Shown: positions 27,882 to 37,990, numbered from the stretch's first letter. The stretch: 64,000 nucleotides of DNA from a candidate division WOR-3 bacterium (GCA_039804105.1 JBDRZU010000001.1:896001-960000); one strand, 5' to 3'. Made by a program: numbers and translations. The notes: a model not told the origin generated them from the sequence alone.

Positions 27882-30800
27882 TTATTTTATAAATAAAATT
27901 TTCCCAGTAAACTCTTCGTTCTTTTCGTTAATCAATTTTACAAACAAGATTTTGGATGATATTTTTTTACTTGAAAGATCTACCATGTATTTGTTGACTC
28001 CGTTATTTCCTATGATATCAACCGAGTAGAGTTGTCTACCTGTAATATCATAAATTTTCAGCTTTATTTTTTCGTTATCTTTCGAAGTAAACACAACACT
28101 TATTTTATTGTTTTTGAAACTATTTTCAATAGATAAAAGTTTGAATTCTCCGTCATTTTCTAAAGAAAGATCCTCTATGTTTAACTTTAGTTCAAAAAAG
28201 TCCATTATTCTTCTCAACCATCCTCTCTTTGAGTTGATCGAATCATTGTCAACAACATTTCCAAACTCAATTGAGGATGCAACGGTTCTATATTTGTCAT
28301 TTTTATATGAAACAACATAACCACTAAGACCATTGTAGAACACCCTTTTCGAGCCATTTATACTATCGATCAGATCATTGTACGATGTGGGAGTATAATT
28401 TAAAATCATCCCTTCACCAATTGTTCCACCTGTTCCATAATATATTGAAGGTGAAGTAGAAGTTCCATCACTTTTTGGATTTACATGGCACAAATAGTTA
28501 AAATTGAAAGCATTGTTGTATAAAGGATCCCAGTAGAATGCTTCACCACCTTCTATATAAAGTTTTATATTTCCATTATTCAAAAGAGAATCAATCATTA
28601 AGGCAACAGGATCATAAGATGGTATCACATAATTGTTCGGATATGACCCAAGTGTTAAAAACACATAATTATAATTTGTTAGATTTTGATATTCTATACT
28701 GTTTAAAAGATCTCCAGCATATCCCCATGATTTCAAAATTGAATCAATATAAAAACCACTGTTTGATGATTTTGCATAGTTGAGCACAAGATAATCTTTT
28801 TTGTTTATATATATAGTTTTAAAGAAAGTATCAGCAAAACCAAGTGTATCAGTATAAACAATTTTTAATCCAACTGTATAAAGTGTATCCAAAGGTAAAT
28901 CTTTAACATAACCTGTAAATCCACTAACAGAAAAAGTATCGTTACCATTTAAGTATGGTATATCAAAAGATTCAGGAATAATAGATAATTTGTTCGTATC
29001 ATTCGAAATAATTGAAATTTTTAATTTCCTGTCATTTTCATTTGAGTAGTTTTTCAATTTTACTCTTAGATCAACAGTATCGTTTGAAAATATAGATGTA
29101 TTTTTTGATATCACAAAAAGAGTTTCAATCTTTGTTTCCGGTGCATATATAAAAAATCTTTTCTTTGTATTCAGAGATGAATCACCTGAAAAGAATTTGA
29201 AACCTAAAGAATCGTAAGTTTTGTTTTTAACATTATCTCTTACTTTAAAGAGAATTGAGTTCAAAGAAAAACAACTATCTGATGGAAGAATCGTGTCTTT
29301 AAAGTTAAAGATATTAGAATAGAGTTTTACATTTCCTGTGAAAACAAAGACAGAACATGATAAAGATAATAGAGGTTGAAGACCATTGTTTTCAACCATT
29401 AAAGAAACATATCCAGAATCTGCTGAAGTAAAATTTCCATCTGGTTGATTGAAGTAGAACAGAGTATCTTTGATGATCAGTTTTTTTATATATGGATAAA
29501 ATGTTGAACTTGTGATCACAGAATAGGAACTATCCGGTTTATAATTATTTTTAAACGCATAAAATTTTATAGTATCTCCAGTTTCTCCAAAGAGATAAAA
29601 AGTAATTTTTCCGTTTTCATCAGTTATACCAACATCTATCAATGAATCGTGTAAGATATAAGAAACCTTAACATTTTTTACAGGCAACCCATTAGTTCTA
29701 TTATAAACAAAAAGATCAAAATCATAATTTGAAGATGGTATCGCTGAAAAAACATCTATATATAAGGAATCGTAGTTTGTATAAAATTCAAACGAAGGAT
29801 CACCAAGAAGGTTGTACTGCTCAAAATACCGTTTTCCAGTTGAAGGAAAAGTGTTTAAAACATTGAGTTTTGCAAAATAAATCAGATCTGAAACATTTGT
29901 ATAATTTGAATCGATGTAGTAATCAAAAAATTTTCTCTCCATGATGTCATCTTCATCCCAATATGAATAAACTGAAGAACCTAAATAGGCAATACTTTTT
30001 CCACTTTTTACCCATGTCTCTCCAAAACAATCTGAAGAGTAAGCATAGTTTCCAGTAAGACACGCATAACTTGAAACGAACGGTAACATATCACCATTTG
30101 TTAAACTTAATATATCTGATTGATAAAAAGTTGGGCCAGCCCATGATGTAACACTTCCATGTCCAGAATAGACAGCAAGAGATCTACCGCTATTTATCGC
30201 AGTTGAAATAGGTGTTCCCGTTTCATTGTAATAGAACAACGAATCTATAACCATCAAAGAATCTCTGAGTTTTTCCATAACATAAAGATGTGTTGATTCA
30301 GCAACCTGATGGAATGAAGCATCATCTGATGCCATAAAATATCCCTTTTTCGTCCAGTTGTTTGTATTATTAAAAAGAGAGTTTTGATAATTAATATTTC
30401 TTTCAACAATAACTTTTAAAGTACTCGTATCTGTTACAGAAAACCTTCCGATCCCAACATCAGGTAAAAAATCTATACCTTCAAGTGTAGTATAGTATAG
30501 ATCTGTTGGTGGGAAATCTGTTTCCGTGCCAATATAGTTAGGTATCAGATTAACATCACCAACAAGCAAAACATATTCAAGTGGAACAATTGAATTGTTA
30601 TAAACATTCAAAATACCATTTTTGATCTGTTCTTTCGTGTATCCAACAGTATCCAAAAGAAGTATTTCAGTATAAAATCCCTGTTTGTTTTTCAATTTTA
30701 TGAAATTTTGCAAGAATGGTTTCATCGTTGAATTTACAACAAAAAGGATTTTTCTTTTTAATGAACTTTTTTGAATTTCAGATTGTTTTATAATTTCTTT

Positions 30801-31355
30801 CAGTTCAAACTCAATATTCTCGTGATAAAAAAGTTTATTTTCTTTTCTATCGTAAACAATTGGATTAATTTCAACCTGATAAATATATTCATCTTTTCTT
30901 TTCCCCAAAAATTTTAAATCTATAATTTTATCAGGGAATTTTTCGTTTGAATTATAAAATTTTTCATCTATAAAAAATTGATTGTTGTTTTGAGATTTTA
31001 TCACAGGTTTTTGTAGAGGATATATACCCTTTTCAGGGATTTGTATATTTATAATTTTTTGCTGACCTATTTTTACATTTTTTAGATCAAGATTTTCATC
31101 TTTTGAAGAAATTAAAAATCTATATGATGGGAGTTCAGGATATCCATATTTTGATGTTTTAAAACCATTTTTTACATCAATTTTTAAAAATCCTTCCTTT
31201 AAAAAGTATTCAAAACTTTTAAGTTTTATAACATATTTGTTGTTTAGCTTTTCAACTTTGAACCCATCTTCAGAGGAACCATCAATTTTAAAAGTTTCCG
31301 AAAAAATCATCATTGAAAATAAAAAAATAAAAAAAATTGCAAAAAATTTTTTCAT
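27882..31355 (-). CDS. gingipain-like C25 cysteine peptidase with T9SS CTD
   Basis: Propeptide (GYPELP), YVLLVGD, TDLYY, GIGRF, catalytic YSGHG and SYAC, YNLLGDP; CTD LKIYDITGRQL...KILFIK. Confidence 0.9.
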   Translation of the reverse strand: MKKFFAIFFIFLFSMMIFSETFKIDGSSEDGFKVEKLNNKYVIKLKSFEYFLKEGFLKIDVKNGFKTSKYGYPELPSYRFLISSKDENLDLKNVKIGQQKIINIQIPEKGIYPLQKPVIKSQNNNQFFIDEKFYNSNEKFPDKIIDLKFLGKRKDEYIYQVEINPIVYDRKENKLFYHENIEFELKEIIKQSEIQKSSLKRKILFVVNSTMKPFLQNFIKLKNKQGFYTEILLLDTVGYTKEQIKNGILNVYNNSIVPLEYVLLVGDVNLIPNYIGTETDFPPTDLYYTTLEGIDFLPDVGIGRFSVTDTSTLKVIVERNINYQNSLFNNTNNWTKKGYFMASDDASFHQVAESTHLYVMEKLRDSLMVIDSLFYYNETGTPISTAINSGRSLAVYSGHGSVTSWAGPTFYQSDILSLTNGDMLPFVSSYACLTGNYAYSSDCFGETWVKSGKSIAYLGSSVYSYWDEDDIMERKFFDYYIDSNYTNVSDLIYFAKLNVLNTFPSTGKRYFEQYNLLGDPSFEFYTNYDSLYIDVFSAIPSSNYDFDLFVYNRTNGLPVKNVKVSYILHDSLIDVGITDENGKITFYLFGETGDTIKFYAFKNNYKPDSSYSVITSSTFYPYIKKLIIKDTLFYFNQPDGNFTSADSGYVSLMVENNGLQPLLSLSCSVFVFTGNVKLYSNIFNFKDTILPSDSCFSLNSILFKVRDNVKNKTYDSLGFKFFSGDSSLNTKKRFFIYAPETKIETLFVISKNTSIFSNDTVDLRVKLKNYSNENDRKLKISIISNDTNKLSIIPESFDIPYLNGNDTFSVSGFTGYVKDLPLDTLYTVGLKIVYTDTLGFADTFFKTIYINKKDYLVLNYAKSSNSGFYIDSILKSWGYAGDLLNSIEYQNLTNYNYVFLTLGSYPNNYVIPSYDPVALMIDSLLNNGNIKLYIEGGEAFYWDPLYNNAFNFNYLCHVNPKSDGTSTSPSIYYGTGGTIGEGMILNYTPTSYNDLIDSINGSKRVFYNGLSGYVVSYKNDKYRTVASSIEFGNVVDNDSINSKRGWLRRIMDFFELKLNIEDLSLENDGEFKLLSIENSFKNNKISVVFTSKDNEKIKLKIYDITGRQLYSVDIIGNNGVNKYMVDLSSKKISSKILFVKLINEKNEEFTGKILFIK

Positions 31356-31373
31356 TTATTCTCCTTTTTATTA

Positions 31374-31435
31374 AATATAGTTTATTAGTTTTTTTAGTCA
31401 ATACTATTGACTGTTAAAATCTATTGTAATATAAC
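31374..31435. promoter_or_regulatory. divergent promoters with back-to-back -35 elements
   Basis: AGTCAATA-C-TATTGACT palindrome at 31396..31412. Minus strand: TTGACT-16-TATATT. Plus strand: TTGACT-17-TATAAC. Confidence 0.55.
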
Positions 31436-31454
31436 TTATTTAAAAGGAGGTGGA

Positions 31455-31967
31455 ATGAAATATTTGTTCCTATTAATGGTTCTTTCTTTAACTCTAATTT
31501 CATGCACGATAGGTCCTGTATACGTTTACAATTATCAGCCAGTAGTAAAGATACTTGCAGATACAACAGAGGTTACTTTCTTCGTACAGGATTTATCACC
31601 CGATGGTTGGTGGTCAGGAGATGGAGTAGATTCACTCAATTTCAAAATACTACTCTCTGAAATCAAAAAAGTAAAATCATATATAACTGATATTCAATTT
31701 AATATAGTAACAGAAACTTATGGCAACATTTTTGAAGATCGAATTTCTTTTTTAACTCCGATTGAATTATCCGGTTCAAAATCTGACACTTTAACATTGC
31801 CTTTATCAGTTAACGAACGAAACGCTTATTATACCGATATCTCTGATGGAATAAACGATAATGTCGGAAAGGCAGCAATCATTATAAAAGCTATATACTA
31901 TGATGAATTTGGAAACATTTATGAATCACTTCCTTTCTATCTACCAATCAAAGTAATAAAACCATGA
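31455..31967 (+). CDS. lipoprotein, tandem paralog 1
   Basis: AGGAGG SD, LISC lipobox, YNYQP and DGINDNVG motifs. Confidence 0.8.
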   Translation: MKYLFLLMVLSLTLISCTIGPVYVYNYQPVVKILADTTEVTFFVQDLSPDGWWSGDGVDSLNFKILLSEIKKVKSYITDIQFNIVTETYGNIFEDRISFLTPIELSGSKSDTLTLPLSVNERNAYYTDISDGINDNVGKAAIIIKAIYYDEFGNIYESLPFYLPIKVIKP

Positions 31968-31975
31968 GGTGAATT

Positions 31976-32485
31976 ATGAAAAAATTATCTTATATTTTAT
32001 TATTTTTCACAATCATTCTCTCTTCCTGTTATACATCACCTACTTCGATAAAGTATTATCAACCAATTTTGGATATAAGTATGAAAGACACCTTAAATTT
32101 TTCGATTCCACTTGGTAACGATTCTATATGGAACTATGAGGATGTTGATTCAATATATGAAAATATAATAATTTTTGAAAATCAGGGTTTGAATGCTTAT
32201 ATTACAGAAATAGATTGGGAAATCTACGATTATACAAACAGAATCAGAGAGGATTATAGCAAAATTTACCTAAATCCTGTAAAAATAGAAAAAAAATCGT
32301 CGGATACAATCTCTCTTCTTTTCTTTCTATATGGTTCTTCCGCTACAAGAATTGATGAGGGAGATGGAGTAGAAGATAATGTAGCTTATGGAACCATTCA
32401 GTTAAAGATAAAGTATTATGATGATAACGGTATAACTTACACTTCAAAGATATTCTACAAAAATATAAAAGCTGTTGTTGAATAA
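31976..32485 (+). CDS. lipoprotein, tandem paralog 2
   Basis: LSSC lipobox, YYQP and DGVEDNVA motifs. Confidence 0.8.
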   Translation: MKKLSYILLFFTIILSSCYTSPTSIKYYQPILDISMKDTLNFSIPLGNDSIWNYEDVDSIYENIIIFENQGLNAYITEIDWEIYDYTNRIREDYSKIYLNPVKIEKKSSDTISLLFFLYGSSATRIDEGDGVEDNVAYGTIQLKIKYYDDNGITYTSKIFYKNIKAVVE

Positions 32486-32497
32486 AGAGAGGTATAT

Positions 32498-33031
32498 ATG
32501 AAAAAAATATTTTTCATAATTATTTTTGTAACATTATTTGTCTCCTGTTCTATTGGTCCGATTCCAGTTTATTATTCTCAACCGATAGTTTCCCTTCTGG
32601 ATGATACACTTGAAGTTATTTTTTCTGTTCCTGATAAAGACATGTCTGGTTGGAATCACTATAATCAAAACAATATTGGTTCAGATACCGCTTTCCTTTC
32701 AATAGATGCTTATGAAACAACAGGAGAAAAAAGTTTCATAGAAAAGATCGAGTATAAATTTATAGTTGATGGCAATACAGTTGAAAGAGAAGATATAACA
32801 TATCCAATACCAATAGAAATTGAAGACAAAGATACCGTGAATTTGCCAGATCTCTTGGTCATAATAAACGAACCTCTCGCTTATGAAATCGATATTCAGG
32901 ATGGTTATGCTGACAATGTTGGAACAGGAATACTCGAAACAAAAGTATTTTATACTGATATAAAAGGAGAATCTTTTACTTCTGTTCCAATAAGAAAAAG
33001 ATTTAAAGTTATAAAACCTTTAACATATTGA
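32498..33031 (+). CDS. lipoprotein, tandem paralog 3
   Basis: FVSC lipobox, YYSQP and DGYADNVG motifs. Confidence 0.8.
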   Translation: MKKIFFIIIFVTLFVSCSIGPIPVYYSQPIVSLLDDTLEVIFSVPDKDMSGWNHYNQNNIGSDTAFLSIDAYETTGEKSFIEKIEYKFIVDGNTVEREDITYPIPIEIEDKDTVNLPDLLVIINEPLAYEIDIQDGYADNVGTGILETKVFYTDIKGESFTSVPIRKRFKVIKPLTY

Positions 33032-33056
33032 CTTTTGAAGATTTATTTAATATGAT
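33028..33056 (+). promoter_or_regulatory. promoter of the fourth lipoprotein
   Basis: TTGACT-17nt-TATGAT, then AAGGAGG. Confidence 0.6.
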
Positions 33057-33078
33057 TTTATCAAAGGAGGTATCAAAA

Positions 33079-33561
33079 ATGAAGAAAACAATTTTCTTTC
33101 TTACAGTTATATTGTTAATAACTTCCTGCACCCTATATGTGCCTACACCTGATTTCACAATCACATGGATAGATCCTCTTGGAAGTGTTATAACACCAAC
33201 AACAACTGAAGTACTTATTAACACAATAGATGTTGAAAACAATACTTCTTATGAAGCAGTACTTGATAGAATCTCCTATGATTATATCTATAATGGTGAT
33301 GTGATTTACGATGGTCAGGACATCTGGAATATATACGCTTTACTTCCGCCTACAGTAATAGATACTGCGACTGGAGATCCTATCAAAGGAAAAGCAAGTA
33401 TCGAAAATATTCCAATTCCAGTTCCAGCATCAATTTACACTTATATGGATTCAAGAGATATTCAGGGAGTAACTCTGAGGATATACATAAGTGGAACAGA
33501 CAATGTAAATAAAACAAAAAGAACAACAAAGTATGTAGATTACGGAATAGCAAAATATTAA
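33079..33561 (+). CDS. lipoprotein (divergent member of the cluster)
   Basis: AAGGAGG SD, ITSC lipobox, beta-rich. Confidence 0.8.
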   Translation: MKKTIFFLTVILLITSCTLYVPTPDFTITWIDPLGSVITPTTTEVLINTIDVENNTSYEAVLDRISYDYIYNGDVIYDGQDIWNIYALLPPTVIDTATGDPIKGKASIENIPIPVPASIYTYMDSRDIQGVTLRIYISGTDNVNKTKRTTKYVDYGIAKY

Positions 33562-33568
33562 ATTTTAA

Positions 33569-33600
33569 AAGAGGGAGTTATAACCTCCCTCTTAATTTTT
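33569..33600. terminator. intrinsic terminator between convergent genes
   Basis: AAGAGGGAG-ttataac-CTCCCTCTT hairpin flanked by A/T runs. Confidence 0.65.
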
Positions 33601-35356
33601 CTTTCACTCTTTTAACATTCTCTTTCAGTTTCGAATAATTTTTATCAACTTCAAGACCTTTTTCAAAACTTTTTTGGGCATTCTCATAGGAGCCGACAAG
33701 GTTATCAAGATGAACAGGCACAAAACCGAAAAAACCTGCGGAAAGATAAAACAGGAGAAATTTTTCTGCAAAGTATCCTTCTTCAAAATATGACGCTCCC
33801 ATGTTATTGTAAGCGAGTGATGATTTTGGAGAAATCTCTACTATCCTTTCCATCATTTCGCGTGATTTTAAACTCATCCCAAGATTTTTATAGGTTAAAC
33901 CAAGATTGTAAAGAACCCTTACATTTTCAGGTTCAATATTTTTTGCTTTTTCAAGAAAATATAATGATCTTGGATAATCTCTTTTTGAAGCAAACAAAGT
34001 CCCGAGATTTATAAGAGAGTTCGTGTATAAAGAGTCAAGTTCATAAGATTTTAAAAGATTTTTTTCTGCATCAGCAAAATTACCTTCTTTCATAAAATAA
34101 AGTCCCAGATTGTTTGTTCCAACAACAGATTTTGGATTATTTTTTACAACATAAGACCATAATGATATCTCACTTCTAAAATTTGGAATATAAATTAAAG
34201 TAACGATTAAAAAACAAATAGAATAAAAAAGAAAAATATATTTCCCGATATTTTTTAATTTAGTATATACAAAATATGAAAAAAGAATAAAAGAGAATGA
34301 AGGCAAAAAAAGATATCTATCAGCAAAAAGATTCAAAACCGGTATAAAATTTGAGATAGGGATATAATTTATAACAAAAAATAAAAAAGAAAAAAGAATA
34401 AATTTTTCATCTCTATATCTGTAAACAAAATAAATCAAAATTGAAAAAAGTGAGAGACTCAAGATAAAGAGTTTAAGATTTTTTTCAGAAATCGGAATAT
34501 AATAGTCAACAACAAGTGGATATGGGATAAAAAGATTTTTTATATATTTCATGAAAATATATGGCTGGATTTTTAAAATATCTATGTATGTAGCGTCCCT
34601 TAGCATTCTATTTTCTTTAAAAAATTGATCCATATTTTTAAAATCCGGCATATAAAAACCTAATGTGAAACCAAAGAATAAAATAAAAATGAACGACAGT
34701 AAAATGGTCAAAAAAATTATCATGTAAAATTTTTTATCAACACTTTTTTTGAATATCATGTCATATACAAAAAAAATTAAAGGCAAAACTAAAGCGACCT
34801 CCTTAGAAAAAAGTGCCAGAACAAAGAATACTATAGAAATGATTCTTTTGTTTTCAATATGAAAATAAAAAGATAACATAGAAAAAATGTACAGAAAAAG
34901 TTCTTTTCTATGAGTTATTATAAGAATATTTTCAACATGGACAGGATGCAATGAAAATAAAAACACTGATAACAATGAAAAAATTTTGTTTTCTGTAATT
35001 TTATAAATTAAAAACGATGTAAGAAAAATTGTTATAACATATAGGAAAAGATTTTCCAATCTATAAAAGATAACTTTGTCTTTAAAAAAGAATCTATCAA
35101 GGATTATAGACAATTTTCTTATAGGTCTTTCAGACAATTTTATTGAAAAAACATCTTTTAAATTATCTACAGATTCATCTTCAAATATTGTCGGATAATC
35201 ATCAAACTGAAAAGGATAATTTAAAGAAAACAGATAAGGAACAATCGAAATTAATGAAAGAACAAAAAGAAAAAATAGAAAATTTTTATTTAAAATTTCT
35301 AAAAAACTCTTCTGTTTCTTGAGAACATTCTTTCCAGCTTTTGAATTTTTGTTCAT
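33578..35356 (-). CDS. TMTC-like GT-C membrane glycosyltransferase with C-terminal TPRs
   Basis: FQFDD loop, LHPVHVENI..I..RKE, LFSKE, FADRYLFLPS, multiple TM helices, TPRs (NNLG..AEK, YNLG). Start probably ATG 35356. Confidence 0.8.
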   Translation of the reverse strand: MNKNSKAGKNVLKKQKSFLEILNKNFLFFLFVLSLISIVPYLFSLNYPFQFDDYPTIFEDESVDNLKDVFSIKLSERPIRKLSIILDRFFFKDKVIFYRLENLFLYVITIFLTSFLIYKITENKIFSLLSVFLFSLHPVHVENILIITHRKELFLYIFSMLSFYFHIENKRIISIVFFVLALFSKEVALVLPLIFFVYDMIFKKSVDKKFYMIIFLTILLSFIFILFFGFTLGFYMPDFKNMDQFFKENRMLRDATYIDILKIQPYIFMKYIKNLFIPYPLVVDYYIPISEKNLKLFILSLSLFSILIYFVYRYRDEKFILFSFLFFVINYIPISNFIPVLNLFADRYLFLPSFSFILFSYFVYTKLKNIGKYIFLFYSICFLIVTLIYIPNFRSEISLWSYVVKNNPKSVVGTNNLGLYFMKEGNFADAEKNLLKSYELDSLYTNSLINLGTLFASKRDYPRSLYFLEKAKNIEPENVRVLYNLGLTYKNLGMSLKSREMMERIVEISPKSSLAYNNMGASYFEEGYFAEKFLLFYLSAGFFGFVPVHLDNLVGSYENAQKSFEKGLEVDKNYSKLKENVKRVKEKLRGRL

Positions 35357-36305
35357 AAATTTTTTCTCCTTTGATTTTTTCAACGATCCTTTCAAGATTT
35401 TCCTTATATGATAGATCTTTAATGTAATATATTGGCAAATCTTTATAAATCTCTCGATGAACTGGTATATCCATACAAATAACTCTTTTTCCAAGAAACA
35501 ATCCTTCAGCAACGGGCAAAGAAAATCCTTCCTCTTTTGAAAGATAGATTATAACAAAAGAATCATTTATGATTTTTTCAAATTCCTGGAAAGGAAGATA
35601 CCCTTTAAACTCGAAATCTTTAACCGTTTTTTTTAGATTTTTATCATCAACTCTTCCCGTAATAAGAATTTTTTTATCTTTAAAAAATTCTTTTAAATCC
35701 TTCGCAAGTTTCAAAGCAAGTGAGATATTTTTTCTTTCCTTTAAAGTGGAAGGTATCAAAATATACTCCTCTTTTTGTTTTTCATATTTTCTGTATGTAT
35801 CAAAACCATTATAAATTACACAGTTCTTTTTCGAATTCAGGTTTTTAAATCTTTTTTTATAAATATCCATACAGTTTTTAGTTATAAAAATTATTCCATC
35901 TGATCGTTTCGAAATCAGATTGTATTCGATTTTCCAATAATATCTTGTAAAAATATCCTCTTTTGAACTTTTTTTTTCAGGTATAAAATCGTGTATCGTT
36001 GAAACTGTTTTGTAAAATTTGATCATAGTTGAGCTCTGTTTTGGCATATATAATAGATCAACTTTGCATAATAGACCTATAAAAGGAAAAACAAACTGTT
36101 CATAAAAAAATTTTGTTGCCCTGTTAAAAAATGGAATTCTTATGTATAGGAAATCATCTCGTCCAACAATCTCTCGGGCTTTTTCTTGATCTATGAGAAT
36201 AATATATTTATTATCCTGATCAGAAAAATTTTTCAAAATCATCGTTATATGTGTAGAAACACCTCCACCTTTTGTAATAGATGTTCCATCAACAAGTATT
36301 CTCAT
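35286..36305 (-). CDS. glycosyltransferase family 4
   Basis: Motifs TIHDF, ERKNI, EEGFSLPVAEG, DIPVHREI. Confidence 0.88.
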   Translation of the reverse strand: MRILVDGTSITKGGGVSTHITMILKNFSDQDNKYIILIDQEKAREIVGRDDFLYIRIPFFNRATKFFYEQFVFPFIGLLCKVDLLYMPKQSSTMIKFYKTVSTIHDFIPEKKSSKEDIFTRYYWKIEYNLISKRSDGIIFITKNCMDIYKKRFKNLNSKKNCVIYNGFDTYRKYEKQKEEYILIPSTLKERKNISLALKLAKDLKEFFKDKKILITGRVDDKNLKKTVKDFEFKGYLPFQEFEKIINDSFVIIYLSKEEGFSLPVAEGLFLGKRVICMDIPVHREIYKDLPIYYIKDLSYKENLERIVEKIKGEKIYEQKFKSWKECSQETEEFFRNFK

Positions 36306-37098
36306 TTTTTTCCCTCATTATTTTTTTTAGATTTCTTAAAAATTCAAATCTTGCCCTTACTGGTGAAAAATTTTTTTGTTTAAAAACCTGTAATATCATT
36401 ATAAATGGTTCAATAAAAATTAGAAACAATAAAAACATAAAAATATTTTTAGAATCAAAGTTTTTCAAAACAAAAAACAATCGATTCCTTTGTAAAAAAA
36501 ATCTTTTATCTTTTAAACCTGAAGATGAATGTTTGTGGTAAACAACAAGATTTTCATCAAAACAAATTCTTTTAATCTTTTTTAACCTGACCGATAGATC
36601 AACATCTTCATAATACATAAAATAACTTTCGTCAAAACCTTTTAACATTTCAAAAATCTCTCTTTTTATAATAAAAAATGAACCCGTAAGATGGAGTTTT
36701 CTTTTATCATATTTTAGATTTTTGTTTAAAATATTATAAAAAAGTATAATTTTTGAACCAAAAGATTCAATATTTTTTGTATAAAAATTTCTTACAAGTG
36801 GAACAATCACCTCTTCATGAGTATTCTTTACCTTTTTAAAAAAATCTTCATCAAAATATATATCATCGTTTGTAATTATCAGATATTCATTCTCTGAAAA
36901 CTTTGAAGCATAGTTAATTGCCTGACCATAGCCAGCACCAAAAAGTTTTAACACTTTTACTCTTTCATCTTTTAAATCGAAATTTTTGTTTTGTGTTAAA
37001 ACAACTATTACATCACCAATATCTTCTTTTAAATAGGATTTTATCTGTTCTTCAAAAGTGTCATAATAAATGGGAATGATAAGAGAAAATTTATCCAT
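36289..37098 (-). CDS. glycosyltransferase family 2
   Basis: Motifs GYGQAIN, ITNDDI, GFDESYFMYYEDVDLS. Confidence 0.9.
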   Translation of the reverse strand: MDKFSLIIPIYYDTFEEQIKSYLKEDIGDVIVVLTQNKNFDLKDERVKVLKLFGAGYGQAINYASKFSENEYLIITNDDIYFDEDFFKKVKNTHEEVIVPLVRNFYTKNIESFGSKIILFYNILNKNLKYDKRKLHLTGSFFIIKREIFEMLKGFDESYFMYYEDVDLSVRLKKIKRICFDENLVVYHKHSSSGLKDKRFFLQRNRLFFVLKNFDSKNIFMFLLFLIFIEPFIMILQVFKQKNFSPVRARFEFLRNLKKIMREKNENTC

Positions 37099-37990
37099 TT
37101 TTTCTTATACCTTTTAAATTCAAAAAACCACAAAATAACCCTTTCATATAGAAAGAAAATTTTTTCGTTTTAATTATATGAAAAAGGATTGAAATTAAAG
37201 TTCCCAGAATAAATGATACCCAATTTTTCAAAGATAAAATTTTATAGTTTTTGAAATAGATAAAAACTCTGTTCCTACCTTCCCAGAACACTTTTTTTGA
37301 AGAATATTCACTCATTCTGTTTTCGAGTTTCGTCGTTCCTGAAATAAAATGATAACCAACGGTATCCGGTGTAAAAAGGATTTTAAATCCACATTTTTTT
37401 AACCTTAAAGAAAAATCAACATCTTCAAAGTACATAAAAAATCTTTCATCAAGCATTCCCGCTCTAACAAAACAATCTTTCAAAAAATAGCATATTGACA
37501 TCGAGAACCCTTTAACATCCCCTTTAATCATTTGTATTTCATATAATTTTTTACCATGAAGTTTTTTATAGGGTCTTATAAATTTTCCAACATCATCACC
37601 TGCAGAATCAATAAACTCTCCATTATAATCCAAAACCAACGGAGAAAAAAAATGATAATCTTTATTTTGAGTTATGTTTTCTATACAGTTTTTTATAAAA
37701 TTTTTTTCAAGATAAACATCGTTATTCAAAAGTATAATATTTTCAAACTTTGATTGTTTCACTCCAAGATTTACAGCAAAACTAAAACCTTTGTTCTCTG
37801 ATAATCTAAAAAGAGTCACATTCTTTAAATTTTTTAAAAGATACATATAACTTTTATCGGAACTATTGTTATCAACTAGTACAACTTCAGAATAGGGATA
37901 GGTTTGTTGGTTCAACGAAACAACAAGTTTTTCAACAAACTTATCACCATTGTAGTTTATGATAACAACAGAAACTTTATCGTTCAACAA
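37091..37990 (-). CDS. glycosyltransferase family 2
   Basis: Motifs VDNNSSD, NKGFSFAVN, LLNND, LDERFFMYFEDVDFS. Confidence 0.92.
   Translation of the reverse strand: MLNDKVSVVIINYNGDKFVEKLVVSLNQQTYPYSEVVLVDNNSSDKSYMYLLKNLKNVTLFRLSENKGFSFAVNLGVKQSKFENIILLNNDVYLEKNFIKNCIENITQNKDYHFFSPLVLDYNGEFIDSAGDDVGKFIRPYKKLHGKKLYEIQMIKGDVKGFSMSICYFLKDCFVRAGMLDERFFMYFEDVDFSLRLKKCGFKILFTPDTVGYHFISGTTKLENRMSEYSSKKVFWEGRNRVFIYFKNYKILSLKNWVSFILGTLISILFHIIKTKKFSFYMKGLFCGFLNLKGIRKNG

Noticed and set aside
27808..28029. 73-aa + strand ORF
   Set aside because: It is the antisense of tRNA-Thr and of the C25 gene end.
27882..31355. PorU sortase (similar length, C25 family)
   Set aside because: Motifs (TDLYY, GHGS.TSW, SYW.ED, gingipain propeptide) look Kgp/Rgp-like and the gene is not beside porV. 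An HMM search would settle it.
35357..35512. ORF-track N-terminal extensions (also 13472..13522, 13987..14061, 31407..31454, 33028..33078, 61835..61885)
   Set aside because: They overlap neighbouring genes or promoters. Downstream ATGs, mostly with clear SD and signal peptides, are better starts.
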